Shown: piece by piece, positions 10,499-20,277 of the stretch
How positions within the stretch are numbered: the first letter of the stretch is position 1
Layout of the letters: each line of letters starts with the position of its first letter
Assembly (NCBI GenBank): GCA_963827655.1
Contig: CAWHCF010000049.1
Span: 365,824 to 429,823 of the forward strand
Direction of reading: 5' to 3'
DNA length: 64,000 nt
Origin: an uncultured Acidobacteriota bacterium
Lineage (GTDB): Bacteria > Acidobacteriota > UBA6911
The notes under the pieces: model-generated
What the model was told of the DNA's origin: nothing
The model's database searches: none
Seen by the model: only the letters and a program-made list of their open reading frames with translations
Made by a program: the position numbers and the translations under genes

Positions 10499-10681
10499 AA
10501 ACAGAGTATGCGTGACGAGTCAGGATTATCAAAACAGTCCCTACTCACTCGTCACGGTTCACTGTTGGGCGAGGGCGTCCTCATCTCATCCCCTCAGGTG
10601 CCGAGCTGGTCATGGGATGGCAGAGATTATAACACCGGTGCGGAATTTCTCTTCTTCGCAGCCTCACCGAGATTTCTGGTA

Positions 10682-10740
10682 TTTCTTCGTGTCTTAGAGG
10701 TGTTTGTTTCGCAGCGCTAACCACGAAGACATGAAGAAAC
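10682..10740. repeat. REP-like extragenic repeat (inverted pair; core ACCACGAAGACATGAAGAAAC)
   Basis: tttcttcgtgtcttagagg … aaccacgaagacatgaagaaac, immediately 3' of the phosphodiesterase gene. Member of the family also seen at 14955, 28959, 30411, 32802, 39096, 40589, 48046, 53843 and 61156. Confidence 0.6.
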
Positions 10741-10749
10741 CGGGCATCG

Positions 10750-12129
10750 CTAACGGGCGAGCGCCTCGGAGAGCACCTTGCCCGGCAGGCCCGGCATGCT
10801 GAGGTCGAGCAGGTGCGCGATCGTCGGCGCCACATCGTAGTTCGTCGTGTGGGGCAGCCGCGCGCCGCGCCGGACCCGGTCTCCCGAAAGCACGAGCGCA
10901 GGATACATCCGCGGATGGCTCGGCAAGTAGCCGTGGCCGTGGTACGGCCTTTCTTTCGGCATCGGCCGGGTCGACTTTACAGACCGATCGGCGGCCAGGT
11001 GGGTGTCGATGTCGGCCAGGATCGCGTAATGTCCCTGCACGTAGGGACTCTCCTCGTAGCGCGGCAGGCCGAGCCCATGGAGATCTTCCGGGCGCACCAC
11101 GCGGGCGACGCCCTCGAGCTTGAGGGCCCGCTCGAAGACCTTCTCGAGGGCCGGGAGATCGCGCGTCCGGTCGAACTTCTGGTCGAGCTCGATCCAGAGT
11201 GTCCAGTCGCCTCCGTGGAGCCGGACACGGTCCGTGAGGCCGGCCTCTTCGAAGAGCGGGTAAAGGTTGACCTGGCGCGCTACCGTGTGGAAACCGTGGT
11301 CGGCGACGATGAAGAACGTAGTGCGCGCCTCGATTCCGGCGTCCCGGACCGCCTGGCGCAAAACCCCGACGCAGGCGTCGGCGTTGGTCAGAGCGGCGGC
11401 GGCCAGGTAGTGGTCCGGGCCATAGCTATGTTGCGCGTCGTCGGTCGCGAGAAAATGAATGGCAAGCAGGTTGGGACGGTGGGCGCGGATGGTATGGGCG
11501 GCCGCCCGCGCCAGAACCGCGTCGGCGGCCCCCTTGAAGCCCGGCGAGCGGTACCACTCGTAGTAAAGGTCGATCGGAACACCTGCCTGCCGCAGCGCCG
11601 CCAGGAAGCGAGGCTCGGCCCCGGTCGGGTCGGCATTGTTGCTCGAGTCGAGTGTCTCCGGCAGGTTATAGTCGATGGCCGGGTCCCCCTTGGTCTCGGG
11701 CCAGAAGAAAGCGGCCGTCGTCAGTCCTTTGCGCTTCGCGGCGTCGAAGAGCGTCGGGACCAGGATCGACTCCGATCGAAGCTTGTTGGTGGGGTGAAAC
11801 GACTCTCCGGTCGTGCGGTGGCGCAGGCGGTTGGAGAGAACGCCGTGGACCCGGGGCGCGACGCCGGTGATGAGCGTCGTATGGGCTGGATGCGTCACGC
11901 TTGGGAAGACGGTCTCGCTGCTGGCGGCCTGCGCACCCTCGGCAGCCAGCGCCCGGATGTTGGGGAGGGAGAGCTTCGGGTTGTCGAGATGATAGGCCGC
12001 GAAGCCGTCGATCGATACCAGCACCACGTACCCAACCTCGGCTCCGGGCGCGAGCGCGGCCACGATAATGACAAGCAGCGCGGGCAGTGCACGCAGGCAC
12101 AGAAATCGAGGCATAGTCATGAACCGCAT
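10750..12129 (-). CDS. Ectonucleotide pyrophosphatase/phosphodiesterase (type I phosphodiesterase, alkaline-phosphatase superfamily), secreted
   Basis: 459-aa ORF with signal peptide. Family motifs present: VVLVSIDGFAAYHL, PSVTHPAHTTLITG, FIVADHGF, GHGYLPSHPRM. Confidence 0.85.
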   Translation of the reverse strand: MRFMTMPRFLCLRALPALLVIIVAALAPGAEVGYVVLVSIDGFAAYHLDNPKLSLPNIRALAAEGAQAASSETVFPSVTHPAHTTLITGVAPRVHGVLSNRLRHRTTGESFHPTNKLRSESILVPTLFDAAKRKGLTTAAFFWPETKGDPAIDYNLPETLDSSNNADPTGAEPRFLAALRQAGVPIDLYYEWYRSPGFKGAADAVLARAAAHTIRAHRPNLLAIHFLATDDAQHSYGPDHYLAAAALTNADACVGVLRQAVRDAGIEARTTFFIVADHGFHTVARQVNLYPLFEEAGLTDRVRLHGGDWTLWIELDQKFDRTRDLPALEKVFERALKLEGVARVVRPEDLHGLGLPRYEESPYVQGHYAILADIDTHLAADRSVKSTRPMPKERPYHGHGYLPSHPRMYPALVLSGDRVRRGARLPHTTNYDVAPTIAHLLDLSMPGLPGKVLSEALAR

Positions 12130-12345
12130 CTTGTATCACGCGCGCGGTTAAATGGAAAGGACAGGGCTCGTTCGAGTCGCAGTCTGCGACCGGATCCCGC
12201 CCGGTCGACGTGCTCAATCGTCTGGTCCCGCGCCAATCAGGTTCGCGGCAATTGCGCTCCGACCGATTGAAGCGGCTAGAGGCAGTCCCGAATTCGCCGC
12301 ACGTGTGATAGAGTACCTCCCCCACGTAACCAAGGAGGTGATTCG

Positions 12346-12819
12346 ATGACCACCAGGAAGTTGTGTTTGCCTGGGCTCGGGATATGCGTGGCCTTGGGTA
12401 TCATTGGGGTAGGTAGAATCCCGGCCTCGACTCAAACTAAATCCGACCAGCCAAAGGCTCCCGACATCGAGACCATAACCGCCGAAGAGCTGAAAGCGAA
12501 AGTAGTCAAGAAAGAACCCGTCACAATCATAGATGTTCGCGCGAGCGACGCGTACGTCAGCAGCGAAAACAAGATCGAGGGTGCCATCTTTGTAAGGTTC
12601 AGAAGACTCAAAACCCGACTTGCCCAGCCGCCTCTCAAGGATGTTCCTCGCGACCGGGAAATCGTTACTTACTGCGCCTGCCCGAACGAGGAAACAAGCA
12701 TCCGCGCCGCGCAACTTTTCTTGGAAGCAGGCTTCCAGCGCGTACGGGTTTTGAAGGGGGGATGGCAGGCGTGGCTCAAGGCCAATGGCGGGATGGAATC
12801 ACGGCCGAAGGGGCCGTAA
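12346..12819 (+). CDS. Rhodanese-domain sulfurtransferase-like protein with signal peptide
   Basis: 157 aa. Rhodanese fold features: …VTIIDVRASDAYVS…REIVTYCACPNEETSIRAAQ…GGWQAW; active-site Cys lies in the CACP loop. Confidence 0.8.
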   Translation: MTTRKLCLPGLGICVALGIIGVGRIPASTQTKSDQPKAPDIETITAEELKAKVVKKEPVTIIDVRASDAYVSSENKIEGAIFVRFRRLKTRLAQPPLKDVPRDREIVTYCACPNEETSIRAAQLFLEAGFQRVRVLKGGWQAWLKANGGMESRPKGP

Positions 12820-12888
12820 GTACGGTTGAGGGGCATGGGCGCGATCGTGACGAAGACAGAAAAAAAACGCGATCAGAACGTTTTTCTC

Positions 12889-12950
12889 TTGACATCGCCG
12901 TCAAGGATTCAATAAATTGGCCGCCTTCACGTTCCGTTCAATAAATTGTC
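12889..12950 (+). promoter_or_regulatory. Putative promoter-like element with duplicated 12-mer TTCAATAAATTG
   Basis: TTGACA at 12889 followed by two direct copies of ttcaataaattg (~12905 and ~12938) in the AT-richer spacer, at the start of the ~800-bp non-coding region upstream of the DUF1111 gene. Confidence 0.25.
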
Positions 12951-13623
12951 GTTCTCTCTGCAACCGCATTCACCAGAGGGAGCGGTCGCAAGAGAGTTCA
13001 AGCAGCCTCTGGCACACTTTTGAACTATTAGGTTTGGTCGCCAGATGAAGGGGAAGCAGCGGCCGGTACGTGGGTTTGCCCCGCGTCGTTTAACCTGTAG
13101 TTCCTCCGGATTTCCGCGGCACACGAGCACGGTAGCTCCGTCATCGTCGTTGCCGGCCGAAACCACCAACTAAGTCTTCCTCGTAAGCTTCTCATCCGAC
13201 GGTCTTCAAGCGACTCGAGAAGCTTGATCTGCCGGTTTTGTTTTTACGGCATCGCTCCCTCTAGGGTAGAGCGATCACCTGAAATGCGGTTTTTCAACCG
13301 ATTCAGGTCTCTAGCGCTTTTCCAGCACAAAGTAAACAGCTAGGCTCGGCTAGTAACCACAACTGTGGCTAGAAGCCTGGGCGAAACTTCCAGGATCGCC
13401 CACGATACCTGTGTGCCCGGATGTTTCCAGGGCACGCCGGCAGTTGAGTTGCCCGTGCTTCGACGGTAGAGGTGTGCCTCGCGGAGTTGCGAGCGAGACA
13501 CCTGGCAAAGGCCGTGCTGTGCGACAAGCGACTGCCGTCCAGTTTCGCGGTGCTCGAGGTGCGCCCTCTTGGTTTCTACTCCAGGCTGCTAGGGCAGTCT
13601 TCCTAAGAAGGGGGAAACTAACA

Positions 13624-14900
13624 ATGAAGCTTCTGAAAATCTCTGTGTCGTTGGTTTTTATGATCGTGTTGTTCTGGCCAATGATCTGAATTCCGTCACG
13701 GGAGACGATTCCGCCAGAGAAGCTCCCACTACTGACTTGAACGTCCTTACCGACGATATTTTCAACGGGTTCGGCGACAAGGGCCGTCCTGTGGACGAAT
13801 GCTCGAATCCGCCGGTGGCGAACCGCTCGTTCGAAGATAACAAGTTCATATTCGACGAGCGCGAGACTCCGGAGGACGGGCTGGGTCCGGTCTATAACGA
13901 TCTCGGCTGCGGCTCCTGCCATCAGAACCCGGAGAGCGGCGGCATCAGCCAGATCAACGAACTGCGGGCCGGACATGTGTCTAAGCGGCAACTTCGTTGA
14001 TCCTCCAGGTGGTTCGCTGATTCAACTGCGGGCGCTCGCCGCCCCCATACAGGAGCGTCTGGACGACGCCCCGCTCGAAAACATCAGGACCTTTCGAACG
14101 ACTCTCAACGTCATCGGCGACGGCTTCATCGAGGCCATCGCCAACAGTAAAATCGAAGAGATTCAGGATCGACCAGCCGTCAGGCTTCCAGGGCACCATC
14201 ATCAGGGTTCCGGTGGTCGAAGACCGCGGTACGCTTCGCGTGGGCCGCTTCGGCTGGAAGAACCAGCATGCCAGTCTGGTGTCGTTCTCCGGTGATGCAT
14301 ATTTCAACGAAATGGGCATCACCAATCCGTTTGACGGGAATGGCGGAAGGAGAGAGAACACCTCTCTGGGCGACTCGGTCGCAGCATTCGACCGAGTAGC
14401 AGACCCCGAGGACGATGGCGAGGATGTCGAAGCCTTCGCCAATTTCATGAGAGCCACCAGCGCTCCCGGCCGCGGGCCGATCACACTCCGCGGTTCGTCG
14501 CGGTGAGGATCTGTTTGAGGAAGTATCCTGCTCTCAATGTCACACTCCGACGATGACTACCGCAGAACCCGGCACCCTTATCAACGGCGGCCAGTTCAGA
14601 GTGCCGTCAGAGCTGGGCAACAAGATCATCCACCCGTTCAGCGATTTCCTGCTGCACGACATCGGGACCGGTGACGGGATCGTCCAGAACGGCGGTCAGG
14701 CCACCCGGAACATGGTGCGAACGCCGCCGCTTTGGGGTGTGCGCACTCGCCCGATGCTGATGCACGACGGGCAGTCGTTCACCTTCAACGAGGCGATTCA
14801 GCGCCACGCGGGTGTGGGCGGCACAATTTCAAGGAACTCCTTTAACGCCCTGTCCTCCTCGCAAAAGGCGGATCTTATTGCGTTCCTGAAGTCGCTGTGA
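13624..14900 (+). pseudogene. DUF1111 / di-heme cytochrome-c peroxidase-like (thiol oxidoreductase-like) secreted protein, broken by ~4 frameshifts
   Basis: Five consecutive plus-strand pieces. 13624-13689: signal peptide MKLLKISVSLVFMIVLF. 13737-14000: CGSCHQNPESGG heme motif. 13975-14295, then 14213-14506: GRFGWKNQHASL. 14553-14900: DFLLHDIGTGDG…TPPLWG…MHDGQSFTFNEAIQRHAG…ADLIAFLKSL. Frames run 1->0->1->2->0. Confidence 0.7.
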
Positions 14901-14954
14901 AGTCACCGGCCTCAGGGTCAGGTGGAGAATATGGACAGAGGCTCGCCGCTGAGT

Positions 14955-15000
14955 TTTTGGGCGAGCCTCTCGTCTTATCTAAAGCCACCACGAAGACACG
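14955..15000. repeat. REP-like extragenic repeat (CCACCACGAAGACACGAAGACAC)
   Basis: Located 3' of the DUF1111 gene; same family as 10682-10740. Confidence 0.55.
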
Positions 15001-15086
15001 AAGACACAATTCATGAAGTAGCCAGGTCATGTATATGATGTCAGAACTACCAAACAAACTCTTTAATGTAGTCTGTTCTTGCCGGG

Positions 15087-15878
15087 GTGTGCATCCTTTC
15101 GCTCAGTTGCTCCAAGCCGCCGGAGACAAGCAAGGTGGAGCCACCGCCCCGAGCTGAGTCAAGATCAACTCCAGCGCCGGTCACGCCCAGGGGGATGCTC
15201 AACCCTCCGCCGCCCGAACCTGAGGAAGTCAACAGGGCGGTTAGACGCGTGTTCAAGGATGCCGTGATCATTGATACCAGGAGCAGCCCCTATTTCATGG
15301 CAGGCGACTTCAACGGGGACCTTACACAGGACATCGCTGTAGTGGTGAAGCCCACCGTGGCCCGGCTGCCGGAGATCAATGACGAACTGGCCAACTGGAT
15401 ACTGGTGGACCTGAAGAACTCGTATCAGTCCAGGCCTCACGCTGGAATGGTGAGGCTGCCGCCAAGAGTTCGCGTGAACGACGGAGACATTCTGTTGGCA
15501 GTCATTCACGGGTTTGGATTCAATGGCTGGAGGGACGATCAGGCAACCCAGACCTACGTGCTCAAGAATGCCGCCGGTGCCGGGATGAGGACCGAGGCGC
15601 GCCAGCAGGTGGTCAGGCCCGACACCCAGGACAAGCTGCCACGCATCCGGGGTGACGTGATCGCGCAGAGCATGGAGGGGCAGGCCGGCTTCCTCTATTA
15701 CAACGGGGCCAGGTACGCCTGGTACGATCCGCGCACTTACAAGGCGGACGCGCTGGCCGGGCGGCCCACGGCAGGACACACGAGACGATGCGGTAGCGGG
15801 CAAGGCACTGAGGGTCGTGCGGTTTTCGGTGTGCGTCGGGCAAAACATTCAAGCTTTGCGGGCGGCGACGTGTGGTAA
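15087..15878 (+). CDS. Hypothetical protein with an FG-GAP-like motif (possible lipoprotein)
   Basis: 263-aa ORF with GTG start; contains FMAGDFNGDLTQDIAVVVKP. The C-terminal tail is Arg-rich, so the true stop may be earlier. No clear RBS. Confidence 0.4.
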   Translation: MCILSLSCSKPPETSKVEPPPRAESRSTPAPVTPRGMLNPPPPEPEEVNRAVRRVFKDAVIIDTRSSPYFMAGDFNGDLTQDIAVVVKPTVARLPEINDELANWILVDLKNSYQSRPHAGMVRLPPRVRVNDGDILLAVIHGFGFNGWRDDQATQTYVLKNAAGAGMRTEARQQVVRPDTQDKLPRIRGDVIAQSMEGQAGFLYYNGARYAWYDPRTYKADALAGRPTAGHTRRCGSGQGTEGRAVFGVRRAKHSSFAGGDVW

Positions 15879-16100
15879 GCGGTCCGGAGAGTGCGCGACC
15901 GGCGATGTTGATGTCATCAGCCGGCCACGCGCTCGGTTGCTGCTCTATGGGTCGAGGTGGTGCGCCCCGTCAGCGCTCGACCGGCGGGACCCAGCGGAGA
16001 AGTTTCTCTCCAGGGGCTGGGTCTCTGCTGGCTGAGGATTCTCCAGAAGGGTTCCGGTACTCTTCGCACCGGCACACATCCCGAATCAACGGATCGCCGT

Positions 16101-16418
16101 CTCAGGGCAGGGCAGAACCGAACCGTGCGCCCGAACTGAGGGTTCCGGCTACGACATTACCCGCAGCGTCCTGAGCGCCCTGATGCCAGAACTGATTGCC
16201 GATGACGCCCAGATGTTCGAGGATAGTACACTCGGGAGATTCCCTGCCGCCGGTGAGGCGTAGATTACATTGATTGCGCCGGCATTCGTGAATCCCGCGA
16301 CGTCTTCTTCCGCGACGCCGATGGCGAGGTCTGCAGCACCGTCACCGTTAAAGTCTCCGGTGGTGAGGGCCGACCCGAAGCGGTCGTTCTCCTCAGCCTC
16401 ATCTAAGATCGCAGAACT
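16101..16418 (-). pseudogene. FG-GAP/VCBS repeat gene remnant (no start, internal frameshift)
   Basis: Minus-strand translation ILDEAEENDRFGSALTTGDFNGDGAADLAIGVAEEDVAGFTNAGAINVIYAS… Then, in another frame, …GNQFWHQGAQDAAGNVVAGTLSSGARFGSALP*. All three frames carry stops just upstream at ~16419-16425. Confidence 0.45.
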
Positions 16419-16867
16419 TCACACTGGGCGAAATCAGTCATCGATCATGGACCAAACTGCTGCGGCTCGCAGGCTGCTCGCAACTCGCACGGTCGCATCC
16501 GACGATCCGAGCCTGGAGCATGCCGAAGGACATGCTGCCTGATCCAGTCCGGCCGAAGCTGGCCATGGCGCGTCGGATGAAGCTGAAGATACGCCATGGT
16601 CGTGAACGTGTCTGGAAAATCGTAGAGACACGGGATCTTTTGGCGTAGAATCTGCGCGAACAAGGGGCCTGGCCGCTCAGATCACGCGCGGATTGTCCGT
16701 CGTTCGCAGAACGCGACATAATCCTGAACGTGGAAGCAGAGGCAGTCACGGCCTGGGCTTAGATGCCAAAGTGCCGCTTGTTTTTTCTATCCGCTCCCAC
16801 GCGGAGTCTTTGCTGAGGAACGTGGTGCCGGGGAACCCGGAGGACCTGCTGGAAAAGGAGTATGCCC

Positions 16868-19800
16868 ATGAGCGATGACGCCGACGGCGTCATGAACCGC
16901 GGCGCCGGTAGACCGCCGACCGACGAAGCCGAGGTGCGGGCAGCCGTCGAGCGAGCGCATGCGCTCCTCGGCGGCGCGGCCGGCCGTCGACGCCGACGAC
17001 GTCGAGGCGCGCCTTACTCGCATCGGCGAGATGATCCGCCTGGCCAGGCGCCTGGAGCGGCCCGGCGGGCAGGACCAGGTGGCACGAGCGCTCGTCGAAA
17101 ACGCACGGGCAGCCGCGATGGATCTGGCGCAGCGTCTCGACCTCGACCAATTCTCGGAACGCGCGAGGGATGGAACGGCCTCGATCGATGACTTCGCCGG
17201 GCTACGGCGGCGCATCGACCACACCATACGCGTGTCCAGACACCTCGAGTATTTCGGTGAGCGAACTCACGCACGGACACTGTTGGCCAGCGCGCGGGTC
17301 GCTGCCATCAATCTCGCTGTTGACATCCTTCGCGGCGCCGGGAGCACGCCAGGCGAGACCTTGGCCCTGGCTAAGCTCCTCGACCGCCTTGACGAGTTCA
17401 ACTTCGCGTGGAGGATTCTCGACAAGGCCCGCGAGCATCGTGACTTCGGCAGAGAGCCCGGCGAGCGGATCCGGATCGTCCAGAAGCGGGCACTCTACAC
17501 ATACAAGGATGTCACCCAGCCTCTCGGCAAGCGGCTCGACGAGGCGCTGACATTTCTTGAGAACGAGGCAGAGCTGAAGACAACGACAGATCAGGAGACG
17601 CTCGGCCTGGCGGGGGCTATCCACAAGCGGAAATGGGAGCTCACCAAGAACGACCGCCACCTGAACGACTCGTACGCCTATTACCATAAGGGATACGCCC
17701 AGAAGCCGTGGAAGGATCAGGGGTATACGAGCATCAACGCCGCCTACCTCCTGGACTTGCTCGCCCAGGCGCATCGAGCCCTGCCGGAGCAGGCCGAGGC
17801 ACACCGTCATCGGGCAGACGAGATCAGGGCGGAGATCATCTCCGTCGTCCCCGAGATGCCGAAGCAGCCCGGTCAGGAGTGGCTGGAGGACATGTGGTTC
17901 TTCTACAGCACGGTCGGCGAGGCGTACTTCGGCCGTGGCGATTTCGACAAGGCTCACCTGTGGCTGGTGACCAAGCCGGAGCTGCGCGGTGTGCGCCCGC
18001 CGGACTGGGAGTTCGAGACGACGGCGCGACAGCTTGCCGAATTGGTGCGGATCCGAAATCCCGACGTCGACTTCGCGTCGACGCCGGCATGGATGGCCTT
18101 CAGGCAGTTCCTCTCTGAAAGCCCGCTCGGCGGGGGAGGCGACGTGAGCAGCGAGGCTGTGGGGCGGCTCGCCGACGGCAAGGCAGGCCTGGCCCTCTCA
18201 GGCGGCGGTTTTCGCGCTTCTCTCTTTCACATCGGCGTCCTCGCTCGACTCGCCGAGCTGGACGTGCTCCGCCGCGTCGAGGTCCTGTCGTGCGTCTCAG
18301 GAGGTTCCATCGTCGGCGCCCACTACTACCTGGAGGTCAGAAAGCTCCTCAGTGAGAAGCCCGACCATCAGATTGAAAAGAAGGACTACATCGAGATTGT
18401 CCAGCGTCTCGAGAAGGAGTTCCTCACCGGTGTGCAGACCAACATCCGCATGAGCGTGGTCACCGAGGCTAAGGCAGTCCGGCGGATGCTCCACCGGAGC
18501 TATTCGCGGACGGTGCGCCTGGGAGAGCTCTACGAGGAGCAGCTCTACTCGCGCGTCGCCCCCATCGAGGGCGAGAAGGTGGATGCGGACAACGGGGTGC
18601 GCGAGCGTTACATGCATGAGCTGGCGATCCACCCCAAGCTCGCGAAGGGTGGTCAATGGACCGACTTTGCGCCAAGGAATCACAACTGGCGGCGCGAGGC
18701 CAAAGCCCCGATCCTTATTCTAAACGCCGCCGCCCTGAATACCGGTCACAACTGGCAGTTCACGGCCAGCTACATGGGCGAGGCGCCCGCCACCATTCAC
18801 CGTGAGATCGACAGCGTCTCGCGGCTGCGTCGCAAGTACTACACAGATGCCCCTCACAGCGCGGCCGCTCCACAGAAGGTGCGGCTCGGCGCCGCGGTGG
18901 CCGCGTCATCCTGTGTGCCCGGTTTGTTCGAGCCCTTGGTGTTCGCGGACATGTACGAGACGCGAGGCAGCGGGCAGCCCATCGACGTCACGCTCGTCGA
19001 CGGCGGCGTCTGCGACAATCAGGGCGTGGCCGGTCTCATCGAACAGGATTGCACCGTCCTGCTCGTCAGTGACGGGAGCGGCCAGATAGACGCGCTGGAC
19101 GCGCCAAGCGCCAGGGCGCTGATGGTGGCCTTGCGCACGAACGGGATCTTGCAGTCGCGTGTCCGCGGCACCCAGTACCGCGAGCTGGATGCGCGGCGCG
19201 GCGCCCTGATGCTGAACGGGTTGATGTTCGTCCATCTTAAGAAGGACCTCGACAACCAACCGGTAGACTGGAAGGACTGCCCTCCGGAGTTGAGGCTCCG
19301 CGCTCCCGATGATCGTGAGGTGCTGACCAAGTACCGAATCTCGAAGGACGTACAGCGGCGGCTGGCCGCCATCCGCACCGATCTCGATTCGTTTTCCGAT
19401 CAGGAGGCCTACGCCCTGATGCTGAGCGGCTATCGGATGACCGAGTATGAGTACGCGAACAGATTCGCTCCCGTGGCCGCGGCCCCCGAGCCGCAGGCCT
19501 GGCGCTTTCGTGCGATCGAGCATGCGATGACGCGGCCGGGTGAAGCTCAGGACTACCTCAACACGATCCTCGACGCCGGGAGCAGCCTCGCCTTCAAGGT
19601 CTGGAAGCTCGATGCGCGGCTCCGGAGCCGCGCGCAGCGCCTGAAGCAGCTGGTAGTCGCGGCTGGCGCGGTCGCCGGGCTCGTCACCTTGCTCGTGCTG
19701 GCCGCTCTGCTGCAGGCCGTGTGGTCACTGTTGGGGGGTGGCGCCTCGGTGTTGCCGGCCGCCGCGCTGACGGGGCTCGGTGCGATCGTCACCGTGGTGG

Positions 19801-20030
19801 CGGTGGTGGTCGTCCTCGGGTCGCTGTTCGCCCTGCTGTTCTATGCGGTGAGGCTGCGAGGGAAGGGCGACGCCGTGGCTCATTTCGCAGTCGGCGCGTT
19901 GCTGCTGTTCGTCGGCGGTCCGGTGGCGCGACACCACATGAGGAAGTACGAGCCAGCGTACCTGGAGCGGGGAAGCATCCGGAAGCTGCCCGGTCCGTCC
20001 AGGGCCGCGTTTAGAACTGCCGCGCGCTGA
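16868..20030 (+). CDS. Patatin-like phospholipase with N-terminal DUF4071-type TPR-like domain and C-terminal 4-helix membrane anchor (putative effector); probable frameshift near 16975 between an SD-equipped ATG at 16868 and the annotated 16959 start
   Basis: Patatin motifs: GGGFRAS (oxyanion loop), CVSGGSIVGAHY (GxSxG nucleophile), DGGVCDNQGV (catalytic Asp). aa ~150-400 align with the TPR region of the 441-aa gene opposite (GAIHKRKWE vs GRIYKDQWE; SYAYYHKGYAQKPWKDQGYTSINAAYL vs AIETYLQGFEADWRDAYPGINAVTL). The C-terminus has four hydrophobic helices (LVVAAGAVAGLVTLLVLAALL…). An aaggag SD sits 7 nt before the ATG at 16868, in frame 2; the annotated ATG 16959 is in frame 0 and has no SD. Confidence 0.8.
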
Positions 20031-20217
20031 TCTCGATTCCCCGGCGCGGATGCCGTCCGGTCGCGGGTCCCTTCGAGCGTCTTCGGGTATAGCAGGAGTC
20101 AACAATGAGTCACCCGGTCAAGCACAACATCCCGTACGCGGAGAGCGACAAGGGAGCGCTACGCCCGATTGAGTTAGCGTCTCGAAGCGCACCTTGAATT
20201 GCTTGGCTGCTCTTAGA

Positions 20218-20240
20218 ACTTCGTGAGGCCTCACGGGGCG
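20218..20240. terminator. Perfect palindrome CGTGAGGCCTCACG (with G run) between convergent genes; candidate bidirectional terminator
   Basis: actt-cgtgaggcctcacg-gggcg lies midway between the patatin stop (20030) and the minus-strand gene stop (20278). Confidence 0.4.
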
Positions 20241-20277
20241 CTTAAATTCGGAGTCGAGTTCAGAAACATATAAAGAA

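Noticed and set aside
10813-12270. 485-aa plus-strand ORF fully overlapping the phosphodiesterase gene
   Set aside because: Antisense ORF typical of high-GC DNA. Arg/Gly/Pro-rich low-complexity translation, no start context, no domain signal; the minus-strand gene has clear family motifs and a signal peptide.
13350-13991. 213-aa minus-strand ORF
   Set aside because: Overlaps the signal peptide and first domain of the plus-strand DUF1111 gene and the structured intergenic region; no motifs. Judged spurious.
14970-15000. Tandem GAAGACAC units as a possible CRISPR or tandem-repeat locus
   Set aside because: Only 2-3 short units with no spacers. Part of the dispersed REP-like element family rather than a CRISPR array.
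16270-16542. 90-aa plus-strand ORF (Ser/Ala-rich)
   Set aside because: Low-complexity and antisense to the FG-GAP repeat remnant, whose minus-strand translation shows genuine repeat motifs.
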